Shown piece after piece: positions 1 through 11,582 of a DNA stretch of 64,000 bases; within the stretch, counting starts at the first letter, position 1, and each line of letters opens with the position of its first letter. The DNA comes from Auanema rhodensis. Lineage: Eukaryota; Animalia; Nematoda. The notes under the pieces are model-generated. The model saw nothing but the letters and a program-made list of their open reading frames with translations, made no database searches and was not told where the DNA came from. Location of the stretch: assembly GCA_964057225.1 (NCBI GenBank), contig OZ059900.1:14136001-14200000 (forward strand). Reading direction: 5' to 3'. Both the position numbers and the translations under genes were made by a program.

Positions 1-538
1 ACGACTGAACGATTGACCTTGAAATGAAAAATCACCGTGACACGACAATTTTTCTCAAAAAATAAAAGAAAATTCATTAGTTTCCACACAATTGTCTAGG
101 TTATTGTCTAGTTCTAATCGAAGTAACAAGTAAGGTTGCAGATTCTGTTAGCTATGCTTTATTACTATATAACGTTTAAATACAATGCTGAATCTTTATG
201 CATTTCTAAACTAACTATGTTTGGTATCATTCTAACAAACTATTAAATGTATGCTTTTTTATATCAAGGGGGAACTTATATAAAGAATGAACGGAATGTC
301 ACGCCTACTGCTAAAACAAGATGGAAATCAAGAAGAACTGACTGGCTGATACGACCTTTACAGCATCTTCTTCACGAGTGAACAATTGGTCAACCAAGTT
401 GTATTAATTTTATAATTTTTACTTAACAAATAGTTCTGTGTTACCATAGATAATCGTTGTGCAAATACTAATTAGTGAATGAATCAGCAATCTCTAACTG
501 TTTCTGAGTTGGTTTCAGACTGCCTATTTCCTTTAATA

Positions 539-3500
539 ATGCTACACTTTTCACGTCTAATACCAATTCTGAGTATTTTATCATTATCAATAGCAGATGA
601 CGGATTTTATCGCACACTACTTTATGGAGAAAAATTAAAAGGATTTATTAAGGTAACATTTAATATATGAAATATTCAAATAAAAGCAAAATAACAAATG
701 TGTATCAGCTTGAATTTCATTTTTATTAAGGTAAATGAGCTCAAAAACGATAACTATGTTGTTTCTTTTGACATACAATTTTCGCAAAACGATGATGTCA
801 AATGGGCGCTGCATATGTCATCGGCACCGTATGATATGACAATCATGACCGATAATTGCAAACGAGTAAAAAAAAGTCCTCATCTCATGCGAAGTTTGCC
901 TTTGAATGAAACAATAGTGCCCGGTAATATATTGCATGGTCATACTATTGTTCTTAGTTCACAAATGGAGGTTTGAAATAGCTGATTGTTGATAAATCTT
1001 TATAAAACAGATTACACATAGGTATTAGCGTGTGCAACAATCATACTTCCAAAAAAACCTATTCTATCAGCTTCTTTTCATGCAGATATTTTTGAAGGTC
1101 ATATTCATGTTGTTCGTATGCTTGATAATCAAGTAAGTTTTATTTTAAGACAATAAAACTTCCACTATTGTAGGCTCGTTTGCTACCGGATTTACGTTAT
1201 CTAATGACTCTTGACGATTCAACTCTCTATAAGCAAACAATAGTTTGGGCATTTGTTGAAAACTGCTCTGAGAGTAATACAGATTCACTAACAGATGGAT
1301 CAGAGATTGGTATAGACTCTCGAACTACTATTACGACAGGTATATCGAAAGAGGGAAAAGTACATGTGAATTATAAGTTGCACATTTCAGAAGTTCCAAA
1401 TAATTATTCTCTTTATAACTTAGCCTTATATGCGGATTCAAAAGTTATAGCTTGCGTTCCCTTAGAAGATGTTGAACCTCGGACAGTTATGTCTGTTAAT
1501 CTAACACTAATTCAAGTATAGTTTTAATATTCAACAGAAAAAAAAACATTTCAAACACGTTACAGCGAAATCCATTTGAGCCTGTGTATTCAGAATCAGA
1601 ATTTCATCCTAACATTTTACATATTAGGCATGCTCATAAGTAAATATATCAGAAATAATTTTCTTTAAATCTTTAGAGACGATTGCTTGGATTTGTCAAC
1701 TGAATCCATACATAATGCGTTTGATAACTATTACCCTTCGGTAACCATTTTTGGAAGTGAAAGCATTATTTTGAAGGTTATATATATGTAATACATGTAT
1801 AACTTGTTTACTTTTAGTCATTGTATGCCGAAGATCTATGCAGTGTTCTTCGACCACATTTTCCACGCCCTGCTTCTACAACATATCTCATGCATCCGGT
1901 TAACGGCAGGTATTTGTTTTTCAGGATAACTATCAGTTCAAATGATTCAAAATGCAGAATAACACTACTTGATACAGAAGATGAGATTTTGGTAACAGGA
2001 GAGCTGCGCCATTCCTTAGAATCGTCTTCAAGTCGAGCCACAATACAGGTTTTTTTTATTTTTATAAATATGAATATGATAACGTTAGATAGTTACCAGA
2101 AATTTTTTTGAGCGACTAAGCAATACTGAACATTGACTAACTGCTTTGTTACAGTTTTCGTCGCAGTTAATTCGAGCTGATGCATGTACTGATGATGTTG
2201 TTTGTGTCGAATGTAAGGAAATAACTGATGTTGCTGTTATTGTTGGTAAAAATGAGAAAATGGGTTAGTTTGATTTTGAACATATGTTTCACTGAAGTTT
2301 GTTATACAGTTTCCCTTAGTGGAGTGATGAGTTGGTTCGACATACGAACTATTCGTTCTGCAATTATAGATCTTCAATGGACTAAGGTTTTGTCATTTTC
2401 TTTAAAATCATAAAACGTAGATTTGAAGATATGCTCGAATTTCACATATCTACCAAATGGTTCCATATCAGCACATGCTCTTATTAAGAGTTTATCCACT
2501 ACAACCAGCAAGACAGTCGCATCAATTGTTGCGATGGAATATCCCGCTAATAACTATACTGAAGTAATATAATCTATTAATATATCCATAAGTTATTTTA
2601 TATTTCTCAGGTTATTGTAAACAAGCGTCAAACATTTGACTCTGCTTATGCACGCACTAGACCAATAGATATGTCCATAACTAGTGGCCATCCGTGTGGC
2701 GAGCAAAACATTGGCCCTATCAAATCAGTTTTTTGGGCACCTCGTTTGGCTCAAATTTTATCTAGTACATCAAATGATACAAGGTAAAAGTAGAAACATA
2801 CATAATAATCTCATGAGCTATATACAGTGTCTTCATTTGGTTTAATATGATTACTGGGCCTATGAGTGTACTTGGAACATCTATTTTACTATCAGATGAG
2901 AATAAAATATTTTGTGGAGATTTCAAACCATTGGCTGAAAACACGGTTGCGATGGTGACGTTCAATTCATTGTTTCATGGATACATAAAAATGGTTAGAA
3001 ATTGATTTACTTACTAAGAATAAACTATATTATTGTAGACACAATATTTCACTTCAAATTGGGCATTCGGAATGCCTACTGAAGCGTACTACATGCTGAA
3101 TACAACAGGAAAGAAAAATAGACAGCTTACTTCAAAGCACTCGCAGGAAGTACTCAATAAAAGCGTTTTTTCCAATTTTTATCATTAATTAAGGAAATTA
3201 TTTGGGATATTGTGAAAGATGACTTCAAGTCTTGTGATACTGCTACTATTTTCAATCCTTTTGAAGTAGAGGTAAAAAACCCTATCTCTTACAAGCGTTT
3301 ACTGAGTTTTTAAAATTATCTTAGGATGCTTGTAATATCGAAACTATCGATTTTTGTCCATTAGGAAATGCAACAGCTAAGTCAAGATTATTACAAACTG
3401 GATCTCAATATCATATTTTGGTGAAAGATTTGCCTTTATCTGGTCCTTACTCAGGTTTCATTTTGTTTTCAATCACTAATTTTTCCTATATCATAATAGT

Positions 3501-4215
3501 AATTGGAAAATATCTGAGACTTCGATCTTCAAAAAACATCAGCATGGTAGAATGCCAACCTATTTATTTAATATCTGAGGTAAATTGTATAATAATATTG
3601 TGTACAACATTTAAGAAAAACCATTAATCATATTGTTGAACATGTTTAGACTACGTTCCGTTGGCAAGTTTCACAAAAAATTAATCTAAGAGAAGCACAA
3701 TTGGCTTTTGCATCAGCTGTAAATGTTCCAGAATACCAAGTAGCAATTACTTTAAGTAATAACTCAAAGTTTGTTTCCAGGTTGAAGTTGATTATACAAG
3801 AAAAACATTACAAGGAAATTGTGTTATATATAATATTAAACTACTTGGTAGGCTAAATTTAATATAATTCTATAATTCTATGACATTAATCAATTTCAAT
3901 TTGAAGCTATCTAGTAATTGTAATAATTACTAGATGGCTTCTATTCAAAAACGAAATTGTGCCGTTTTCAATTTTAGTTTAAACTAATTTTTAGCTGATG
4001 ATGGTTTAACCGCTCAAGTACAAGAAAGTTTTGATGTCGAACAGAATCATTTTATCAAAGGCCGTCCAGAAGAATGCAACATGGGTGATTTTTCATTATA
4101 TAATATATCTAATTCTTTATCGATTACTTCGTTGTCATCACCTCGTTTATTGATGAATAATGAGTATTATATTTTATATTTTATAATAATTTTATTGAAC
4201 ATTTTTATGATCTGA
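539..4215 (+). CDS. Secreted, probably GPI-anchored, degenerate Cu/Zn-SOD-fold repeat protein (CSRP/Rsod-like), multi-exon
   Basis: Starts with signal peptide MLHFSRLIPILSILSLSIA. The last repeat reads TFNSLFHGYIKMTQ...SCDTATIFNPFEVE..CNIETIDFCPLGNATAKSRLL...KDLPLSGPYSVIGKYLRL...ECQPI, which fits the SOD-repeat pattern (YNPF...C...C.GDLSGKHG...LPL.G..SIVGRS...CA.I). The final exon ends in a hydrophobic tail YYILYFIIILLNIFMI*, with TGA at 4213-4215. Confidence 0.6.
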
Positions 4216-4697
4216 CAAGGTTTTCATGCATTATTGAAACTATTTACTCTTTAATTTTTTTCAAAATTTTGAAAGAATAAACTATGATATTTTCGTATTT
4301 TTTACTATCAGAACTTGAAAAAACAATTAGTTTTTTAAAACCATTTATTGTGAAAGTCGTCTTATTTCTGCAAGAAAAAAATTATTAATATGAATTCGCA
4401 GAAAAGTATCACATGAGTTTACATTATCCATGACATGAACACTATTCGTTACTAGGTAACCGACATATAGTGGTCATTTAGGTCGATGATCGCACGCTTT
4501 ACGCGACTAGCTCATGCTCATTCACACGCACAGCAGCTGTCACCTAGTTTGCCTAAAACCAAATAGGAGGCATTAATATAGATTCGAATTTGATGTAAAT
4601 CTAGTATTGTTATATTAAAAATTTGAAATAAAATGATTTTTCTTTGTTTTCACTGTAATCCTGATAATGTAAACAAACTTTTTAATTTAATACAGGT

Positions 4698-6790
4698 ATG
4701 ACGAGATGCTATTGTGAAAGAATAATAGTTGTTTCACTGTTGTTCTTCCTTTCAGTAGTACAAAATGATCAGACTGTTGAAAATAATATGTGCTCAGGCG
4801 GTAAGTGATTGAGCTTGATCATCTTTATTTTTATTTTTAAAAATTGATAATAATATTCAACTTTTAGCTGAAATTACGTATGAAGCTACAAATGCTATTC
4901 AAAAACTAACTACACCAAATTATAATTTCGGCTTTTTGCCAAATAATTCAACATGCTCCATCATAATAAGAGCACCAGAAAATTCATCAGTTTGGATTAA
5001 AATAGAGCAGCTATCCATGGAACCACAACTATTCGATCAATGCTCGGATTTCATTAAAATTATAAATAGTTTGCTCTACATCATACATTTAGCGTATTTA
5101 CATATTTTCTTCAGCTTCATCGAAAACACCTCAAAAAGAAGACACCTTGGCAGTGTTGTGTGGTGCTGTAAACAATCGTCAAGTATTTTTTGTTTTCTTT
5201 CGATTTTGTTTATTTTTAAATTCAGTTTGTTTCGACAACTAATGTTTTAAGATTAGACATATTATCAGATATGCTAATTGAAAGCAAAGGAGCAGAAATT
5301 TCATATAGAGCTTTAGGTACCAAACTACACATATGGTATATCAATTTTATTTACAGAAAATAAGAAATGTGAAGATGGTTGGCATGAATTTAAGATGAAA
5401 TGTTTTTTTTTATCCGAAGAAAATAAAGAATTATCTTGGGTTGAAGCTCAAGTTTGCAAATTCTTAACTATTCAAGAACAACTATTTTCTAAATTACAGA
5501 GAGCATGTGTAGAGCAACAATCAAATCTAGCTTCAATTTCGCAATATACTGTGTATGAGGAAACATTAAGTGAGAATATAAAATAACATTTTTGTTATTA
5601 TCTTTACTAACAGATTGGCTAACTGAAGTGAATGCTAGTAAAACTTTATGGATTGGGATGCATGACGCTGTACAAGAAGGTGTTTTTGTTTCCATGAGTG
5701 GCAATCATGATTTTCCTTTCAATTGGGGGTATTCAAACTAACATTATCAGTTACATTCAATCGTTATTTAGTTCACCAAATAGTCTTCATAATAGTGATG
5801 TAAAAGATTGCTTATATCTAGATTCTCCCTTACATAATAGAACTGATGGGGATATGTTTCGTTTAGATGATTGTAGGAAAAAACGAGCGTTTTTATGTGA
5901 AAAATCAAAAGGTGATCCTCAAAGTGTTGTTAAATTTAATCTCTTTTCTCTCAGATGGAAAAACATGGACAGCTCCAGATCAGGAAGACATTGTTCGAAA
6001 TGGAGCCCAGTCTTGGAGTCTTGACCTAGCATTCTGGCTTTTATTTGCTTTAATACTTCTTCTCATAGCACTCATGTGTATTGCATGTGGATATGGTAAA
6101 TTCTAATGTAATTGGCAAATTTATCTTTATTCTAGCAATAACGCAAAAACAACGTCAAGCAAGAGTAAGTGCATTAGAAGGTCAGGGTAACCAAGCCCCA
6201 GCAAATACAATGTCAACAACTCCATCAGATCGTATTCAAATATGCTTTTTTATCTAGATTATTTCTTTGTTCTAGAACGTGCCGTTCGTCATCAACCAGA
6301 ACGAAGTGATACAATTCAAGAAACTGTAACTGAAGTACAAGATTTGATTGAAGTTCATTCAAGTTCACTTTACATCACTCACTACTTTTTGTAAATGTTT
6401 TTTTCAGATGATCATAAAATAAAAACGGAAGAGATACTTGACAAAAATATGAGAAATGTAGAAAGCGAAAAACATCCGCTTGAAATTAAAAGTACTGGAA
6501 ACGATTCTTTTCCTCTACATCAAGAATCTCCGAACCAAATTATTTATATTCGTGGAAAAGAGATTGCTGGCAATTATCAGGCAGGCACTAACAGTCGGGA
6601 AAGAACTTCGAATACATTTAACACTAGGTATGCTGTTTAATCGTTTAACAATATCGGATAAAATTTCAGAGATGAAAGTTTTTTGAAATCGAAAAAGGCT
6701 GCTGAGCTGTTTGGTCGTCCAAAAATGAATGTATTGGATAACGTGTCGGCCATATCGTTAGACGAATTTTGGAGTAATAAGCCTATGTAA
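4698..6790 (+). CDS. Type I membrane protein: signal peptide, CUB domain, C-type lectin domain, TM helix, cytoplasmic tail
   Basis: CUB-like segment TTPNY..FLPNNSTCSIIIRAPENSSVWIKIEQLSME...CSDFIKI. CTLD segment CEDGWHEFKMKCFF...SWVEAQRAC...LWIGMHDAVQEGVF...DDCRKKRAFLCEK. TM helix LAFWLLFALILLLIALMCIAC. Tail ends SLDEFWSNKPM*. Confidence 0.75.
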
Positions 6791-7267
6791 TCGAATCAAT
6801 TTCATTATCTTATAATTATTTGCTTAGCATAGTACGATTCAATATTTTCTAGTTAACAAAGTCTCTGTTAATTTATATTTCTCAAATTGATAGTTAATAA
6901 TTTTATTCTTCTTGCGAGTAATTAAGAAAATTGAAAATTATTCCGCAACTACTGAAGGTTTGAACGTTTTAATCATCTATAACATCAAGATCATTTTAAT
7001 ATGAATCAAAAGACATTAAAACTATATTTCTTTTCTTAATATTGTTTGATATTGAAAGTCTTCAAACATAATAATGAAATGTTATTTAATGAAAACGTTT
7101 TCAACAATTATATTAATAGTTAGCGAAGCCATTTGTTTATCATCTTTATAAATCTCCTTAGATGACTAATTTATTTTTATTTAAAGATTGATGTAAAACA
7201 ACTTAGATTAATAATTTTTATAGTTTTTTCAAACAATAAACAAGAAGATTCACAAAAAAATAAGTAA

Positions 7268-8503
7268 TTAGTTTTCTTTTTTTTTATCTTGCTGATTTTC
7301 TTGATATTGTGCAACCCGACGCTTGTGAATACCCAACATGATCAGAGGAACATAGAAAAATTTGAAAACGGAAAAAGAAAGTAGAGTTCCAAGTGCAATC
7401 TGAAAGGTAAAACTTATTCTTCCCAATTATGCAATTTAATAATACCTGAACATCGTGCTGGAAACAACCAGTTATAATACACCATCTACCTATTGCTCGA
7501 ACTGCTTGTTTAGCATAATTTTCAGGTGTTACGACAAAAATATTATTTGCTTCATTTTCCTCATAAGAAGCAACTTTTGTAGCTACTAGCATTGGAATCA
7601 GACATTGAATTTTCACATTAGTGTTTTTAAATTCGTCATACAAAGCGTCCGAGAAGAAGGATAATGCAGCTTTGCTTGCAGGGTAACTACTAATGTATGG
7701 CAGAGGACGCCAGCCCTGCAACAATTTTTTTTCTCAAATTCAAGTTTTTAATCACCAACCGTCACTGATGAGACATTGACAACAACTCCCTCATTTCTCT
7801 CAATCATGCCAGGCAGAATGAGTTCCAGCATCTAAAAATATCACAGAAATTATTTTAACTTTTCAATTTTTTACCTTCGTATGCGACATCAGATTAACCT
7901 GGAATATTTTAGATGCTAAATTAGCTTCGTTTTCGATGAAGTTGCCAACTTTAGTTGGAGCAATGCCAGCGCAATTCACTGAAATTACTTTTTATATTTT
8001 TTATTTCTGGCGGTAAGATTACATAATATTCCAACTTTTATAGTTGAAAGTTCGCTGGGGAGAGTACTGAAATCAATTGATTCGAAATTAAAAACAGCTG
8101 TCCTAATTTCGGCATTGTATCTCTCTTCTTAAAAAAGTTGAAAATTATTACAATAAATAAACAGATGATTTATACCCAATTCCTTTTTAACTTTTTCCAG
8201 CTTTTCAGAGTTTCTTCCAATTAGGTAAAATTTCCGCATACCACGTTCTTTTGCAAGCTCCTCAATGTATGCTCGTCCAATACCATCAGTTCCTCCAGAT
8301 ACCACTGTTAAAATAATTGGTTAACTCATATATACATTTCCACAAATACCTGTCCATGAATCTTTCAGATGATCCAAGCTATATATAGGCATCAAACAAT
8401 GCACACATACAGATTTTACTATTATAAATAAAAATTTCAAAAGACGCACAACTGCATAAGACAAAATACAGAAGTAAAACCAATCAAATAGCCACACGAA
8501 CAT
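7268..8503 (-). CDS. dhs-27: Short-chain dehydrogenase/reductase, 17beta-HSD12/LET-767-like
   Basis: N-terminal TM segment; Rossmann motif [11 protein letters not shown]; VNCAGI; catalytic YPASK; ends ...QDKKKEN*. The symbol comes from recalled similarity and the unc-78 neighbourhood. Confidence 0.8.
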
Positions 8504-9623
8504 AGTCCTGAAAGCTTTAAAATTTTTTAAAAATAGTTCGTTTAAACACTTCTTTTAAAAATCAAACGTTTTTAACACTGAAAATAAAAGAACGATAAAA
8601 ATGAACGAATGAATAAAAACATATAAATTACAAATAACATTAAAAAGACATGTTATCTTTTTTAAAAATCTTTAACTTTTGCAATGCAATATAAAAAATG
8701 TTCTATATTTTTAATGTAAACGACTATTATTACTATCTAATTGTACCCTAGTGATCTACACGATGATAACAATGTTGAAAATAGTCATTTCTTGCGTTAC
8801 TCATCAAAACAAGACAACTGAGGTTGAATGGAAAATTTAATTTGAGATACGAACACTTGTTGCAACACGAAATCAATACAAAATGGTTACACAGAGTTTT
8901 GACAAAAATGGATGTAGCAATTCATGACCTTGAGATGAGGTAGTAGTAAAGCGAAGGTCATTACACCCCAGGGACAACCTTGATACAATTTTTATATGGA
9001 ATATGGTCTTGACCTAGCGATATAATTTATAACATGAGTTAATTCACTAAAGTCAGGGAAAGATAAGAAAAAAAGGTATTATCAATTACGAAAACAACCA
9101 GTAAATATACATAAAATTGCAATTCAAGATTAGTTGAAAAACCTACGAAAATCTTATATCTGTTTATGGCAATTTGATAAATGCATTTATCGTTTCAGTG
9201 AAGTTATATTGATTTCAAAAACATAGGATTCCGGATTTTGATCAAAAGTGTAATATCTAAATTAACTAATTAATACATAAGGCAAATTCATTCACAAAGG
9301 TTAGTTTTTTTTTTCATATTCCATAACTTATAGTGTATGTTATTTACAAAATAACCGGCAAAATATAAAAAATAACAGTTTTGAATTACAGTATACAATC
9401 AATAAATAACTCACTTTATTATTAATTTAGAGTTATATTATGATTATATGAAATCTTCAAGATTCAAACGCAATTTTGTGATAATTTAATTTTTGAAAGC
9501 TTTAAAAAGTTCATATGTTAAAAAATATTTTTATTCTTTGCATTTTAGCGTGTTTGAACATTTTTTGAGAACTTTATCAATATGTTCTAGGAGTTTTAAT
9601 TAGTTCTAAAAAAATTAGTACTC

Positions 9624-10777
9624 ATGGACAATGGGTCGACAACAAGCGGTAATGATTCAGCTTCAGAGAGATGTGACAGTGGACTTACAAAAAGTTTATC
9701 ACCTGACCAACGTTCTTCTCCGGAATCACCGATATCGAAAGTAATAGAAGTTTAGAAGTAGATTTATAAATCTCAAAATATTTTTGTAGAAACAATCACG
9801 CTTTCTAGTTACTCATGTATCAAACCATCAACATAATCTAGGTCGGCATCCGAACGTTCCAAAAGTTCAGAATACACTTTTAAACCTGGTGAGTTAGTGC
9901 AAGGTTTTGTATGTTATCTCTAAACTTTTGTCCAATTCGAATAAATTTGATTGGGTCTTTATCATATTTCAGAAAACACCAGATCAACGATCTTCTCCTG
10001 AATCACCTGTGTCAAAAGTACTTTTCAACAATTTAAAGAATATTTTTATTTTATTCTAGAAAAATTCAAGGTTTCTTGTTACTCGTGTTCTAAATCATCA
10101 GCAAGTTCAACCTAAACATTCACCTTCTACAAAAATTCATGAAACACCACACGCACAGGTTTTTTTCATTTTACACCTTTTGTCTCATTTTTATTTTCCG
10201 AAAAGAAGTTAATCATTATAACTTTAATAACATAATTATAGAAACCTATCGACAAAAAAAGTAGATTTATCGTTACACCAGCACGAGAAAATATAGGTCA
10301 ACCCAAAGCGGAAAGCTCAATAAAGGTAATAACAATACATCAAATTTATAGTTAATCCTTTTTGTTGTAGGTTTTATATATGGCAAACAATACACCAAGC
10401 AGTCCACAGAAACGTCCTTATGTTATGACTAAATCGTTCTGCTCTCGAGCACCCCCAAGTGCTCAAATTCACAACAAAATTGAGCAAGCTTTAGTAAGAT
10501 ATTTTAATCACATTTTGTAATTTATAACTTTACGATATGTTATATTGTTTTTAAACTTTTCAGGATTTAGTGAAGTCTCATCTCACCTTAGCTGTTAGAC
10601 AGGAAGTCGATACAATGAAAAAGACAATTTCACAACTAGAGATAAAAGCACGTTTCAATTATTTTCAATACTTATCATGTTTAAGGCTAATTTTTTCAGG
10701 TTGCATCATTGGAGGCAGAAAATAAAATGCTCAGACAACATGCAGATGTATTACAATCTATAATTCGGCGTTGCTAG
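9624..10777 (+). CDS. TSC-22/DIP/Bun family leucine-zipper protein, long isoform with RFxV motifs
   Basis: TSC box and zipper IHNKIEQALDLVKSHLTLAVRQEVDTMKKTISQLEIKVASLEAENKMLRQH, built from spliced exons that are absent from the ORF track. N-terminal motifs SRFLVT (twice) and SRFIVT. Confidence 0.85.
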
Positions 10778-11582
10778 ATTAAGGCAAAGATAAATGTGCC
10801 AATGCCAGATCGTACTGAATATCCCTCTGCTGTTCTATACTTTGGCCGCTTAGTTTACTATGGGTTTTTGTACCGGTTTATGTATTTTATTTTTTCAACT
10901 TTCCAAAACTTTATGATGCAGTTTGTCTAGTCCGTGTATGAAGTGATCTCTTCACGTTTCTTTGTGATGATAGCACTATACAGTAGTGCCAATTGTTCTT
11001 TATATTTTAATTCCGATAACACTATAAACATTGATTGACTTGATGAAAATTTTTTATGAAACCTTGAACAAAAAAATTGCTTTAACGAGCAATCGCAGGG
11101 ATTATCATTTTTGGAATATGGCTAAGAGCCTTGAAAAAAAGTTAAATGAAAGATTTGTGAAATTTCCGGTTTGAGGTATTCAATTTTCATGTCATAAAAC
11201 AACATATTTTTTAGTTTTTATTTAAATCTAATTCGTTAAATAATATAATCTACATAGGTAACATTGAAAAAAAAAACGAAATACAATATTTATTGATAAA
11301 GACATACCCGTATAGAAATTGAATCATTCATAATAAAGCCACATATTCTTTCATTTCATACTGCAATGTATAGAATTATACAATGCAAGACATTCATATT
11401 AAAACAATATGCAACATTTCGAGAAATAACAATACTGACCTGAGTTTGAGAGAAATGACTACTGATGCCGAGCATCATTATCAAGAAATAAAAAAATTAG
11501 ATCAGAAAACAAAATCAGGAGATATTCGAAAACTAATCATATGAAAACAATATACAACCCTAATCAAGTGAAAAAGAAAGCA

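Noticed and set aside
180-410. Short open stretch upstream of the first gene (GGTYIKNERNVTPTAKTRWKSRR...)
   Set aside because: No consistent start or splice model and no recognisable homology.
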